This document shows, one piece after another, positions 1 to 13,821 of a DNA stretch of 64,000 nucleotides (the first letter of the stretch is position 1; every line of letters starts with the position of its first letter). This stretch comes from Curvularia clavata (taxonomy: Eukaryota), in contig CP089274.1 in NCBI GenBank assembly GCA_023920165.1, positions 5,766,001 to 5,830,000 of the forward strand, in the 5' to 3' direction. Made by a program: the position numbers and the translations under genes. Below the pieces are notes generated by a model, which worked only from the letters and a program-made list of their open reading frames with translations, was not told the origin of the DNA and made no database searches.

Positions 1-2918
1 GGATATCATCTCTCTAGACGAAGAAGACGACATAAACAAGCGTAACTGTATTCACCGCCTTGTCATCAACATTGGCCGTTCCAAGAGCGGTGACACATTC
101 GGTGTCGATGGAACGCTCCTGCCCAGTTCAGGCGAAAACGGGAACTTCATAGTGCCAGCTACCGACCCCAATCGCCAACCTCGCCCTTGCACTACTACCG
201 AGGAAGAATCGACACAACTGCTTAGTGAGAACGACGAGTCTGTCCGCTTGCTCATCTTTCTGCTTGACGAGCTGCGTGCCGAGCAGCGTAATGCGCTTCA
301 ATCTCGTGACTCCTACGGAAGACTCCCACTTCATTACGCGGCACAATATGGCTTCGTGATCATCTGCCAGGTTGTCATAAAGCATATGCAAGATTGGGGC
401 CAGTTTGATGTGTCACGAGGCATTGACTCCCCCCACTGGCAGGATGCCGATGGCAACGCGCCTTTGCACCTCAGTGTCATGGGTGGGCATGTCCTAACTA
501 CCAAAACGCTCCTGGAGGCAGAGAACTGGCGGGGTACTAACAAAGAAAGACGCGCCTCCAGAATATCCACTGCCCGCTCAGGAGCAGTTCTGGCTCTGGC
601 GACTCGATCAAACTTTGTTGATATTGTCAAACTCTTAGTTGAAGCTGATGTCGACGTCAACTACCAGGACGAGGGTGGCGAAACCGCTCTACACATGGCA
701 GCGCGCTACGGATATGATCAGTGTGCCAAGGTTTTGCTGGAGGGCTCTAATACGAACAAAGCGGAGGTCGATATTCCTGAAAAGACGTTTGCCTGGACGC
801 CACTATTCATTGCTTGTGTCGATGATCATCTCTCAATCGTGGAACTCTTGGCCGCTGCTGGAGCTGATCTGCACCGATGCGACAATTCCGGCTGGACAGC
901 AAAAGAGCACGCAGCACTTCGTGGTCATATGCAGATTGCAGAAAGACTATGCGAACTTGCTCCCACATCAGTCTCGCCAAGCGTGGCACCCACGGATGCA
1001 CGGATTTCTCGAAGTGGTTCACCTCCCCAGAATTCTCTTGACGAGCGACGATCCAAGAATCTGAACCGAGACACAAACGTTTCCATACAGAAACCGCCAG
1101 AACCTGTAAAAACCTTTGGTCACCGCTACCTAACAAACGAAACCATGGTTTTGGTCAGTTTGGGGTCTATGGATGTCCGAAAAGACATACCGGCAGTCAA
1201 ACTCGACGACATTCCGCTTGCCGATGCACATGCAACGCAGCTAGATACTGCTCTATCTCTAGTCGTTCAGGCATCGGGAGCCAAAGGGGACCCCACAATC
1301 ATCGATTTACCCATTCAGGACAACATTGCCACAGAGCCTATTACATTCATGACCAGCGATATCACCAAAGTCAAGCTTTTGTTTGATCTTGTTCCTACCT
1401 ATGCAGGAACACATGAGCGGTCAATGGGGCGAGCCGTTGCTTTGCTCTCCACCATAAAGACCAGTGTCGGATCGAAGCGAATTCCCCTCCAAGGAGATAT
1501 GAAAGTCCCCATTGTGGCGGCCTCAACGCTGGACGTTATTGGATCGGTCAACTTCAACTTTCTGATTATCACACCCTTTCATCATCCAAACATGTCGATT
1601 ACTGAGCAACACACTTACTGGAAGAAGATGGCTGCAACAACGATGGTCATCGGCCACCGTGGTCTCGGAAAGAACACGGCGTCTCGCACATCGCTGCAGC
1701 TCGGCGAGAACACCATACAGTCATTTATCTCGGCCGCTAATCTGGGCGCTGAGTATGTCGAATTCGATGTGCAGCTGACAAAAGACCATGTCCCGGTCAT
1801 CTATCACGACTTCCTTGTCAGCGAGACCGGTATTGATGCGCCTGTACACACTCTTACCCTAGACCAATTCCTACATATTGGCGAGGGATCAAATCCTCGT
1901 TATGCTCGAACAGGGTCTCCAGACAGAACGCCCAATCTCAACGGCACCGAAGAAGACCGTCCCAGCGTGCGAAGGCCAAGGTCTTACTCTGTGGACAATT
2001 CCAAGCAACGCAACATTCACACCGACCGCGCCGAGGAGCTTACGGAGCGCATGAAATACACGCGTGATTTTAAGAAGAAGGGTTTCAAAGGCAACAGCCG
2101 CGGCTATTCTATCCAGTCCTCGTTTACAACTCTTGAACGCATGTTTGACGAAGTACCGCAATCAGTTGGATTCAACGTCGAGATGAAGTACCCAATGCTG
2201 CACGAGTCGGAAGAAGAGGAAATGGACCAGTATGCAGTAGAGTTGAACTCTTTCGTCGACACAATTTTGGAAAAGGTGTACGACAAGATGGGCGAGCGTA
2301 ACATTATCTTCTCGTCGTTCAACCCAGACATTTGTCTCATGTTGTCCTTTAAACAGCCCTCCATCCCGGTATTGTTCTTGACAGATGCCGGAACATCGCC
2401 GGTTGGCGACGTGCGAGCCGCCAGTTTGCAAGAAGCGATCCGTTTCGCTAGTCGCTGGAATCTGCTCGGAGTCGTCAGCGCCGCTACACCGCTCGTCATG
2501 TGCCCCAGGCTTGTCAAAGTAGTAAAAGAGAGTGGTCTTGTTTGCGTCAGTTATGGAATTTTGAACAACGACCCCAAAAATGTTTTGGTAAGTACACCTC
2601 TTTCAACTGGAACTGAAGACGCGTGATGTACTAACGCATGTACCACAGGTGCAAAAGAAAGAAGGCATTGACGCCGTTATTGTAGACAGTGTGCTTAGAG
2701 TCCGTCAGGGACTACAGGCTCCGAACCAAGACGGTACAAATGGTGCAGAGGGGAATCCTTTGTCGCTTGCTGTGCCATCGGAATCTGTGCCTTCTATAAA
2801 GGAGGCGAGCGAGGCTATGGAGAATGGCACCACTGAGACGAATGGCGTCAATGGAGTCAACGTTACCAATGGAGTCAATGGCACCAACGGCACAGTACAG
2901 CAGCCAAGCGGACAGTAA
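1..2918 (+). CDS. GDE1: Glycerophosphocholine phosphodiesterase Gde1 (ankyrin repeats + GDPD domain), 5'-truncated by window
   Basis: Ankyrin motifs (GRLPLHYAA, GETALHMAA, WTPLFIAC) followed by GDPD motifs VIGHRGLG and EFDVQLTKD..PVIYHD; intron 2588-2648 joins last exon ending TAA 2918. Confidence 0.93.
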
Positions 2919-3544
2919 AATTTTCGCATCTGTTTTTTGGCATAGATTAGGCGATGAAAAGCGTTGGATCGTTCTCTGCTTTGTTATATAGAGCAACATA
3001 CGAACGAACAGCCAGTTTTTTTCACAAAATCCTCTCCTCCATATCAAATAGTGAAAACATGAACTCATGTGTGACAAACATATGCCACTGAGAAACAGTA
3101 AAATTCGAAGCCTACTGGAGATCTCACATCGAAACGTGGATTTTGCCATACTAGTAGATTACTTCTGGATTCAGGCTTTACATGTTACCCATGCTCAACG
3201 AAACCCTAAATATATGCATATACCTAGTGAATCTGGTGACAAAAAGGTCAACGTCTAGATACGACCATGGGGCGCAGAGAAGACCGCCCCAAAGGTACTA
3301 GACCAGGTCAACTGGGAAAAGAAAAAGAAAAAAAACTTCAATACAGATGTTTCTTGTCCTTCTTTACCAAAGTTGACCTCACTCAATACTCATCGTTATC
3401 GCAAGAACGCCTAACCATCCATACCATCGCTATGCAGTGTGCAACGAACGAACGAACAAAACAAATCAGCAAGAAAACAAATCAGGACCTGGGAACAATC
3501 CCATCAGTACTATTGACGTCTCTCTCCACTCTCTGTCATGCACG

Positions 3545-4830
3545 TCACAGCCTACCGACCCCAACTCGAGGTCCAAACTCGCCACGGTTGAACTTTTTCA
3601 AATCATAGCCTGCTTGCTTGAATCGCTTTGCTTCCCACCTGCGCTTAGTCTGAAACTCTTCGCTCGCAACTCGTTTCTTGGCATCTGTTTTGTCGAGGCT
3701 GTCGCTGTGAAGGGCGAGGTTTTCTTGCCAGGAGTAGGAAAAGTCTTTGAGGAGCAGAGAGTGGTTTGAGGCGGTGGTGGTAGTAGTAGTAGTGGTGGGC
3801 TTTGAGGGCTTGGCTGATACTGATGTGGCGGGAGGAGCGGGAGGAATGCTCAAGTCGAAAGAGGCTGGTTCATGAGCGTTGAATTGCGGCTTGTTGGTGA
3901 AAAAGGGATCGATATCGTCGGCGTGCGCTTTTTCTCTGGAGATAGGCGCCTTGCGCTCTGAAGCGAAGATGCGTTTGGGCGGTGTGTCGAGCTGCATGGT
4001 GTCTTCAAGCCCTTTGATCCCAAAGACATTGTTTTGCTGGCGAGCAGGCGCCTTGCTTGTCTTGACGGGTCCTGGTATCCAGTCGCTCTCCGGATCACTG
4101 TCTGCATCTTGAGTCACACCTCTACGCCGCCTGTTCTCTTCATCCTCGCATGGCTGTAACCTAGGTCCAGCTGGTGTTATTCTGACCCGCTCCTTCTCTT
4201 TTCCTTTTGAGTGTGGTTTCGCTACAGAGGTATGGGGCTCGGGCTCAGCAGTTGGCTCTTCGCCTCGCATCTGGGCTTCCCTGACGTCCTTGACGAGGCT
4301 GCTGGGTATGGCAGCATGAATCTCGGTCATGAGCTTGGCTCGCCTGCAGTATCCATTCCAATCCTCTACGGCTAGTTTGCCGGCCGCCTCGTTGAGCGCA
4401 CTGGCTGGGTTTGGCTGGATGAGGAGACATGATATCGTTACTAATACGTCGCGGAGCTTCAGTGTACTGCTCCAGTCGCGTTTCAGCGTCTCTACACAAA
4501 CGGCACCAGTGGCCTCATCTATATTCGGGTGCCATAGTCTCGTCCTGAATTGTGCCGTGGGTGGGGCCGCAGGGTATGTGGGTGGGATATCGAGGTGGAG
4601 TCGCCATACGCCGCCTGAGTAGGGTGTGCCGACCGGACCGGCGAGGAGAACGTCGAGCGATGTGAGATCCTCAGAGCCGTCGGACTCGGGTGCAAATAGA
4701 TAATTAGGTGGAAGACCAGCAGTGTGGAGGGAGCCGTGGTCAGTGGCAAGACGGCGCAGTGACTTTGAATTCTGAGTGCTGTTGTCAGTAGGTAAGCGTT
4801 GACGCGCCTTGACTATGGGGTTCTAACCAT
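3545..4830 (-). CDS. Ubiquitin-conjugating enzyme E2 S-like with long C-terminal extension
   Basis: ATG-only first exon (4830-4828), intron 4827-4772, then NSKSLRRLA...GPVGTPYSGGVW...WHPNIDEATGAVCVETLKRDW...QPNPASALNEAAG (UBC fold, catalytic Cys) continuing into ORF 3545-4330. Confidence 0.88.
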
Positions 4831-5261
4831 GGCGACGAGCACCTATTTCAAAAATGCTGCATGTGTGTATGTAGCGAGGCAAATAGTAAAGACCTTGGAT
4901 GATGTTTGTATTTTACATGAGCCTGGCGGCTCTAGCTGCAGGCGCTGGCGTTGGCTTTGGCGTCGTGCAGCTGCAGCGCATGCAAGTCGCGACGCCCCGC
5001 ACTTGTTAGCGCGCGACTTTGGCGTTTGCTGCCTTTGTCACTACGTGGAAAGAGAGTGTTGGACATGGCAATACATCCACAGTGTTGGACTACATGCAAC
5101 CCGGTCATTTCAGTCATATAATGCGGACTGCTATCTACATGCCACTATGGTTCCATCAAAAATGCTTGTTCTCCTGCGACTATGGCATTAACTCATATTT
5201 TCGCAATACCATCCTTGGAACGCCACGCTGAAACCTTGCAAACCCATGTATGTGCCTATCA

Positions 5262-8200
5262 CTACAAGATATCCATGTCCTCTATCGGATCCACAAACGG
5301 AAACTGTCCACTCTCAATCGCCGCAACTCGGTCAAGTTCAGCCTGGTATTCCTTCCTCAGAGTATCCAGCGTAATAATCTGCCTCTTAAGCAGCTTCTTA
5401 CCCTGACCAATACCCCATTGTGGCGGCCCTCCAGCTCCCTCTATGCGTTGCTCCGCCAAGATATATGCATCTTCTTTGCTGACCGACGACAATGTGTTGA
5501 TGATCATGAGGTAGCATTGTGCCAACGACTCGTCAGCAGGATCGTGCACCTTTGAAGAGGTCGTCTTCAAGCGTTGCAGCCGCTCGTATAGGATGGATGC
5601 AGCTCCACGGAAGTTGTTACGAGAGATACGGAAAGAGTAGAGGATCTGATGATAAGGAGGTCCAGAGGCAATGTTGAGCGTCTTTTGACAGAGAGACGTC
5701 AGGATGCTGTCAACCGAGTCTGCCAGTCCGACAAATGGGAATTCAAGAAGTTCCGTGGTGCGTGACTGTGCTACCATAGAGGTGATAAGAGTCTGCAGGT
5801 CTGAGTGTTTTCTGCATTGGATTAGTACTTGTCGCCGTGCACGGTCGGTGTATCAACTTACAATGCTGCATCGCTATGTCTGACCATGGCTGTATATGCA
5901 TCTTGAAACCTACAAGTCTGTATGGAGGCGGTGAATAGCCGTTGAAGGAGTTCAGTCTTGAGGTCCTCGTCTTCCTGGCCAAGCAAAGACCTGAGACCGA
6001 GTTTGGCAAAGTCCGCAACGTACGAGTACGCCTTGGCTCTCTCAAATAGGCCAACGACGTGACTGTAGTAATGCGCAAGGCCTTCAGAGAAAGAGTTCCG
6101 CTCAACTTCGGATACCAGATTCGCTGTGTCTTGCTCCGATATATCAAACATAGCGCCAAGAGCTACGAGTGTTAGCATTACGTTCATATAGTTATGGAGA
6201 AGTACTCACCCAGCGTGTATGCAGGTTTCTGGAAGCACATCGATGCCGTTGCATTATCGCCTAGTGCAATGTACAGCCGACCTCTCATGTAAGACGCCCA
6301 GTAGCCTTCAATGAGAAACTTTGAAAAGTCCATGGCAAGGTGATACTCCCTTTGCGCCAGCAGTATACCCATGATGTCCTCTACAACGTTCTCGTATTCA
6401 TGCACCTCAAAGATTGATGACAGCCAACCCCGGCTCCATTTTGTAAATAGATCGGCTTTCAAATCCTTTGGTAGTGGCACCTCAAATGCACGTCCACCGT
6501 AGGCTCCCTCGAGAACCGTTTGCGTGATAGGCAGCTTCTTCCCGGTCTTGAGCGTCTCACTCAAAGACCGATTCACATTTTCAGATGCCAGACCGGTTGC
6601 GCCTTGGTAAGACCAAACCGTACCAGCTAGCCATGACACAACCATGCAGTCCTTGTACCGAAGAACCAGTTCGGCAAAGACCTCTGAAGCATCAAAGTCC
6701 TCAAGTGTTTCTCCCTCGAGCTCAATGAACATGAACAACAATAGAACAAGCAAATCTAGCAGGACATCGCGGTCGCCCTCCAGAGTCTCTTGGGAAACTC
6801 TGGTCAAGGCGCTCAGCCCGTACCGTGCAATCTGCTTCCTCGGCTGCGGACTTCCATCTTCTTCATAGCCCAGTATTTTGATGGCTCGGAGGAACGTCTC
6901 TGTGCCAAGGTCCTTGACTTCCATGCCCAGCTCTTCAACAAGGACGGTCACGTCTTCATCGGATACTTGCTGTGAAAGTTCGCTGTTGGCCTCGATCCAT
7001 TCCATACGATCCAGAATGGTGATATTCCGGCTCTGCAGTATGTCCATTTCCATGTGTCTTTGAACCTCGTGCTGGACAAAAGGTGGCAAGCGCTGCCTAA
7101 AGGATGCTGCTGCATTGAGCAGCCGCGCAACGTCTCGGGACTCCGAAGTGTCCAAGATCTTCCGAAGTGGTTTGCTCAGCGTGCGCGAACTAGAGATGAC
7201 GGCTGCATTCAGTTTAGTAATCTCAGATTCGCTGCAGATTCGTATTGTAGATAGGTAATCGCTCAGAACAAGCCATGGCCTGTCTGTTGCCCGGTCATAG
7301 ACAAGGGAGAGCGATTCCCCTCTCCGCTTGTGTAAGTCCTTCACAAGACTGTAGTATGCCTGCCATTGCACGGCTATAGCATCTTCGATATCTTCTGATT
7401 GGCGGTTTGCATTCACTGCCAGGGCAGTAATAGCCGCACATATGCGTTCCTTGAGGGATCCTCTACTAGATGATCGGCTCGACCGGGTTTGGTTAAGCCC
7501 TCGCTTGTAGATGCACAGTGATGTCTCCAGTGTTGCAATAGAGAATCTACCCGGGTAGAACAGGAAGTCAAGCCACTGCTCTGTGGAGTCAAGATTGTCT
7601 TGATCAACAACTTCATCCCGCTCGCTGGGATTCGCGGGGTGGGACTTGAGTGCCTCGACAGTCGCAGATCCGGTGTCTACGCAGACCCAGTCATTCTTCC
7701 AGGCTTGTGTTCGTGCTTCGGGCAGATCGGTGAGGTCAAACTTTAGGGAGTAAACCTTGCTACTTGGGCCTGATCTCGCACGAATCCAGATTTGTGTGCC
7801 TCTCCATCCACTCGGCCCGGGAACAATATGGAATTCTTCCAGCGTCCAGACAGTCGTTTTCATGAGTTCATCAATTGGGGGAATGAATTCTGAGCCCTCG
7901 GCAATATCGTAAAATCCCAACTCTGGGTCATCAGCATCTCTGACACCCCAGAATTTGAACTGGTGCTGCTTGGGTGAGTACGTTACAATATGGTAGTTCG
8001 CACCTCCGACTCCACCGACAACATCCACTACCTCCATGAGCATGGACTGCGAGGGCCCTATGGAATACGAGGTATGCGACTTCTCGACAGCCATGTCATC
8101 GGCACCCAAGAGGTCCATATGAGCGCCTGGCTTCCCTGATGCAATGTTCCACGCTCGTATCGAGTGATCCAAGCACACTGAAAGAATGTGCTGCTTGTCG

Positions 8201-8982
8201 GGTGATACGGCGACAGCAGCTGCAGCAGATATAGCAAACTCTGTATTCTCAAATCGGACGGTAGGCTGTGCTTTCCACGATAAAAGGCCACGCATCGACC
8301 AATTGTTTTGTTGATACCGTGATCCGTCCCACAGGCCGCTGGCTTTGTCCCAGGTTAGGCGACAGATGGCTCCGTCGTCCAGAGTGACTAGCAATTCTTC
8401 TGCACTCTCGGCGACAAGTCTGTAGGGTATGCGCCCACTGAAAAGCGCCGGTTCGCTCCTCTTGCACCAAGTCTCTGGGTCCTGCTCCGAAGCCGCAGGA
8501 TTGGCGAAGAAGTCGCGATGTAGTGTGATTGTGTAAAGTTCGTTGGCAGTAGTGATTGCGAAAACGGTCAAGGCATCTCGGTCGGCAGGCTCTGCAAAGG
8601 CGACACAGAAAGGCCTGATTGGAGCAGGGAATTGGAAGAGAAGAGTGTGGTTGGCTTCGTACTTGTCGGTGGAATCGTGATCCAAATCTACGGATTGTAT
8701 TTCCAGCATCTTTCTATTGTCCAAGACGCGCCAAAGAAAGCTTCGCGGGTAGCCATGATGCCGCCGAAAGTACAAGGATCCATCTGTCGCTAAATGGCGC
8801 CTTGTGAAAGCATCTTCATCCTTGTCGACATATTGTTCCGTGATCACGGTGCGCTTTGCGCTGGCGCGGCTGCCGAAGGGAGAGTATGCTGGGATGGAGA
8901 ATGCAATTGTTGACCCAGGAAAGGCGGGCTCAATGTTCAATCGCGTCTCTTTGTAGAGACAGGTGCCCCCGGATTGTACCAT
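5262..8982 (-). CDS. NUP120: Nucleoporin Nup120/Nup160 family
   Basis: Long ORF 6184-8982 (PRSFLWRVL, WLDFLFYPGRFS) plus exons in ORFs 5858-6187 and 5262-5777 (YSFRISRNNFRGAASILYERL) joined by two short GT-AG introns. Confidence 0.85.
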
Positions 8983-9352
8983 GCTGCTCACATGCGAATA
9001 TTGTGCGACTATCGTGGCGAGGGCGTTGAGAGCTGCGGTACGTGGTCGGCCTGGGTTGCGTTGCGGTAGTCGGCGCGCAGGTGCAGCTCTCAAAAACAGC
9101 GTCGCGATGGGCAATGCGCGAGGAAAGCTGGCGCACGGCCCTCTTTGTTCGCAGGCGGTCCCTGGCCACCGATCATCTTGATCACTAACTGCATTCGTAA
9201 CCAGCAGCCTTCTGGCATCACACAAGTGCCCTCACGTTGCATTGACTCTTTCAGATGGGAGAAAAATGTAGGATATCATAGAATTGCATAAACATTAATC
9301 GTTGAACCCATGCAAACCAACATCAGACCATCACCAGCCCCATTGCCTATCC

Positions 9353-10546
9353 TCACCTGTTGTTCCTCTCCTCCAAGTCCTTCTCCTTGGGATCTCCAAT
9401 TCCGTCCTCGTTAATGGCAAACAAGCAATCGCTCTCCGGCAGACATGGGCTGTCGTAGATCTTGCACACACGCGTCTCTCCTCTACCCTTTCTTAAACTG
9501 AGACGTGTCGTACTTGCGTGTGCAATAATGTTGCCTCCAATCGGCTTCTTTGGATCTGGATTAAACATTGCGCTTGGCCCACCATCGACCTGTGCGACTA
9601 CTTGGTTTGTGATAATAACAGCAATACCAAACTCGTCTGCGAGACGTTGCAGGGTCCGCATAAACTTGGCTAAGTGCGTCTGTCTGGCCGAGAGCTCGCC
9701 ACGTCCTGCAAAGTCGGTACGATACAATGCTGTAGCAGAGTCGACGACTAGTAAAGAGAAGCGCGTCTCCGTCATCATTTGCGCAGCCTGGTTGAGGAGC
9801 TCCAGCTGATGGTCCGAGTTGTATGCGCGGGCATACGCAACGTTGTCGAGGACCTCTTCGCCCGAAAGTCCGAAACGATTGGCGACAGCCAAACATCGAA
9901 CAGGTCGAAATGTACCTTCAGTGTCAATGTATAGACATTTCCCTTCTCCGCCACCCATGTCGAAGGGCAACTGGCAGGTCACAGCGAGCGTGTGGCAGAT
10001 CTGGCTCTTTCCGGTTCGGAACTCGCCAAATATTTCTGTTATCGAGCCTGTCTCAATACCTCCTGCAAGCAATGTGTCCAATTGTTTGGATCCAGTTGTG
10101 ATAGATATCAGTTCGCTTCGGCGGGAGTGCATTTCGGTAGCGGTGGTAAAGCCCATGGGTACGAGTTTCGATGCTGAATCTATTAGCTACCGGTACTTGA
10201 CTTCCAACTTTTGTACGTACCCTCAGCGAGTAGCTTAGACGCCTTTTGCTCTGATATACCCTTGATTTGTTCAAGCGTTCGCCGTGGTCTGAATGGTGTT
10301 AGCAGCAGGCTAGCATCTTGCATTGTGGCCAAACGTACGTGTAAGCAATCGATTCCACTGTGTTGAAACCGCCGTCAATCACCAGCTTGATATCGCGTGC
10401 AGTAAGTCCATTGACACCCTTGACCACTGTCAGCGCCTGGTAAGTGTACAAGATGACTGAAAGCCTACCTCGAGTGCTGAGATGGGGGTTGGCGCGCCAG
10501 GGCCGCCCATTGTGCTGTCGTCATACTGCTCTTCTTCGTTGCTCAT
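9353..10546 (-). CDS. RAD51: DNA recombinase Rad51
   Basis: [10 protein letters not shown] start, three short 5' introns, Walker [40 protein letters not shown]. Confidence 0.97.
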
Positions 10547-10892
10547 CTTGAGAGGTTCCAAAGGGATACTGATTTCGACTGTATGCTAGCGGGTACTAGA
10601 ATCCGAATTGTGAAGTCTGAGAGTTTGAGGTTATGCGCGCGAAAAGGAAGGATGAGTGGCAAGCGGGCGCTGATAATCGTCGCGTCTCACTAGCGCCCAA
10701 CGCGCACTCACATGACTTTAGGAAATTGCCACGCCCCAGGCTTCCACGCTCTTGCCTAGCATTACTCATCGGCACCAAAATAATGTATGACGCTGCACAG
10801 ACATTGGACTCACGTGGTGTGTTCATCGTTTTCATTCGTTATATATTCATGGTATCATTGTACTTGAAAACTAGTTGCCGAATTCAAAATGT

Positions 10893-12079
10893 CTACTCGT
10901 CGTCGCCAAAGAAGACCTTGACAGGCAGCCAGGCGTCTCCGCAGACCTTGAAGCGCTCGGGCAGCGAGCTAATCTCCTTCATCTCCTCATCGGTCAACTC
11001 CCAGCCATCGAGCTCAAAGTTACCCAGGATACGGGATGCCGTGACCGACTTAGGGATAACGCTGGTTCCGCGCTGAAGACCCCACATCAGCAGGACCTGC
11101 TGGACCGACTTTCCCTTGTTCTCAGCAAGCTTCTTGAGCTTGTCGTTCTTGTAGAGAGGAGAATCGGTGGAACCAAGGCACGAGTAAGCGGTGCAGTGGA
11201 TGCCCTTCTCCTTGCAGTAGTCGAGGAGCTTGGGTCTGTATCCATTGTCAGTTTTTGCATCACGGTGTAGCATGAGCGAGGCGAGCTTACGAAGGGTTGT
11301 TGGGGTGAAGCTCAATCTGGTTTACGGCTGGGGTGATCTTAAAGCGAGAGTCGGCGAAGAGCTTCTCGAGGTTCTTGATTGCAAAGTTGGAGACACCAAT
11401 GTTCTTGACACGGCCGGACTCGGGCAGCTTCTGCATCTCGGCCCAAGTGTCCTTGAAGTCCCAGTCGGGGTAGTGCTTCTTGAGGTCATCTGGGTCGGTC
11501 GAAGAAGGCCAATGCTACCAAATCTGTTAGCATGTTTCTGCTAAGGACTCTGCAGCGGTGCAAGAGCAAACTTACCATAAGGTAGAGGTCAACGTAGTCG
11601 AGACCGAGGCTGCTCAGCGAGCTGTTGATACCCTCTTCGACACGCTTGTGCCATGGGTTGTCGAGCTTGGTGGTGACCCAGATCTCCTCACGGGGAACAC
11701 CAGAATCCTTAATTCCCTGGCCAACTTCCTTCTCGTTGCCATATGCAAGCGCGGTGTCGATGTGACGGTATCCGCCCTGGAGGGCAGCCTTGACGGCTTC
11801 ACGGACCTCGCCAGGCTTTGATTGCCAGGTTCCAAGACCGACGGCAGGCATCTTTGCGCCAGTGTTGAGCTATGAGGAGTCAGCTTCTATGCTACTAAAA
11901 CAGGCTCAGGATTTGTAAGGGTCGCATGATTTGGACTTTTCATCTCAACTGAAAGGCGGGCGGCTTCCCGAGAATACGCAGCCTCTGGTATTACCAGTCG
12001 TGAGACAACACAAGACAGAGGAACATGAAGCAATCGCACGTACCGTGAAGCTCTCCTTGGTCCAGTTCTTGGGTGCCAT
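10893..12079 (-). CDS. Aldo-keto reductase (Gcy1/Ypr1-like, NADP-dependent)
   Basis: [46 protein letters not shown]; multiple introns incl. 12043-11870. Confidence 0.92.
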
Positions 12080-12462
12080 TTTTGCCAGAGTACGGAGCAT
12101 AAACTTGAGTAAGGTAAAAGTCTGTAGTGAAGGAGATGTGGGAATTGGCAGAGAGCGAAATCTTTTGAATGCCAACGCAAGTGGAGGGGCACGCGTTGTT
12201 TAGCACCCCTCCTACGTCAGTCTCAACATTCCCCCATATCGCATGGCCATGTCCCGAGCACAATAGGCACCGGCACAAATGCTCCACGTATCAAAGTCCA
12301 ACTTGGCCGCGGACGAGGGTACAACTGGTGGGGCTCTCCACCCACACTAGTGTCGAAGCGGCAACTTTACCAGCTTTGCCGTCCCGACACCAAATCCTAA
12401 CACTCGAGCATCCATTACGCCGTTCCCAAAAGTCTGCGCTAGCCATATGCGTGTGCATCGCG

Positions 12463-13149
12463 ATGTCTTCAGGGTTTGTCAGCGGTGGCAAGGCCGGGGA
12501 AGAAGTGGAACGCGATGATGAGTGGAAAAGGGCACAACAGGAAATTGAAGACGCGAGACGCGCCAAAGCCGAGCTAGCAAAGCAGCACGACGGCAAGAGT
12601 CTGTACGAGGTTCTGCAGGCCAACAAAGAAAAGAAACAGGCAGAATTCGAAGAAAAGGCGCGTTACAAGCCTCACATTGCCCTTAACGATGAGGAAGCAG
12701 ACTACCTTGACTCGATTCTGGAGAAGAAGCGCCAGGAAGAAGCAAACGTCAAGAAAGAAACTGTAGAGCAACTGGATCTATTTCGAAGACAGCGAGAAGA
12801 GGCGGAGAGAAAGGCCCGCGGACTTGAAGAGGATGTCACAGAGCCGGCCCAGGCGCATGGTGCCGAACAATGGGTGGCTGCTGGACGCAAGAGAAAGAAG
12901 GGACCTGAAGCCGGACTGCTAAGAGGCGTGAAGTTAAGGAAGTCGAGTTCAATCACAGAAGACAAACCGCAAGCTGTCCAGCAAAATACGGCGAACCCGT
13001 CTCACCAGACAGACACCAAGAGTGACGCAAAGGATTCTGCTAAAGCTCCAGCTGCCGACGCAAAGTCCTCAGCAAGGTCGCCTCCGCCTAAACCTGCAAA
13101 TACACTTGCTCTCGGACTAGGCTACGCATCCTCGGATGATGAAGATTAG
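12463..13149 (+). CDS. FAM192A/NIP30 N-terminal domain protein
   Basis: MSSGFVSGG...DGKSLYEVLQANKEKKQAEFEE...LNDEEADYLD; basic NLS-like GRKRKK. Confidence 0.8.
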   Translation: MSSGFVSGGKAGEEVERDDEWKRAQQEIEDARRAKAELAKQHDGKSLYEVLQANKEKKQAEFEEKARYKPHIALNDEEADYLDSILEKKRQEEANVKKETVEQLDLFRRQREEAERKARGLEEDVTEPAQAHGAEQWVAAGRKRKKGPEAGLLRGVKLRKSSSITEDKPQAVQQNTANPSHQTDTKSDAKDSAKAPAADAKSSARSPPPKPANTLALGLGYASSDDED

Positions 13150-13472
13150 TTACTGCATCAGCCAATTCCCTGTATCAGCAAAAACCCATTCCAGCCATCT
13201 CGAGTTAGAGCTGCTACATTGATCATGCCAATGAAGCTCGCTGTTTATGTAGTATCCAGATAAGAAGAATCTCGTCGTCAGAAAACGCACACGTCCACTC
13301 TTTCAAACCTAGATGACGATTCACAACGAAAATCCGTTAGGAGCATACGATCAATTTACGAGAAGCGACTGTATGAGTCCTGGTCCGACCAAAGTATATG
13401 CTTCTCTTGAACAAGTCCTCTGTCGATTCAGTCTTGCCCAAGATATAGTATGTATTACTTCGTATGTCTGAT

Positions 13473-13591
13473 ACATACGACCATAGGCTCGAGAAAGCAG
13501 GATTCCCCGTTCGATCAATCATACTTAAGCTCGAGACCGGCGGACTAGTAGTCGGGTGGGTGACCACCGGCGAATCCCCGCTGTCGTATGT
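13473..13591 (+). rRNA. Dispersed 5S rRNA gene (sequence variant)
   Basis: ACATACGACCATAGG...CTAGTAGTCGGGTGGGTGACCACCGGCGAATCC...GTCGTATGT; 5' and 3' ends pair (helix I); ~119 nt; followed by T-run. Confidence 0.95.
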
Positions 13592-13598
13592 TTTTTTT
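13591..13598 (+). terminator. Pol III terminator of 5S gene
   Basis: Run of 8 T directly after the 5S 3' end. Confidence 0.85.
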
Positions 13599-13821
13599 GG
13601 TTGTGTTGTTTTTTGGCTAATTTTTGGGGCTGGGTTATTTTGCCCGAGTCACGTGTAAGCTAGGCGGGACATGGCGTTTCGGCTTGTCACCAACCACCGC
13701 GGCTTGGCTTTGGTTGAACCGGCTTCCTGGAGATGAACAGGGCTGGGAATAATGAAGTTGTGATAGTGTCTTCGACCCTTTACTTCAAGACCACATCAGA
13801 GACACGTAACAGTTCAACAGC

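Noticed and set aside
11870..12043. Long first intron of the AKR gene as snoRNA host
   Set aside because: Small hairpins are present but there is no convincing complete C/D or H/ACA box set.
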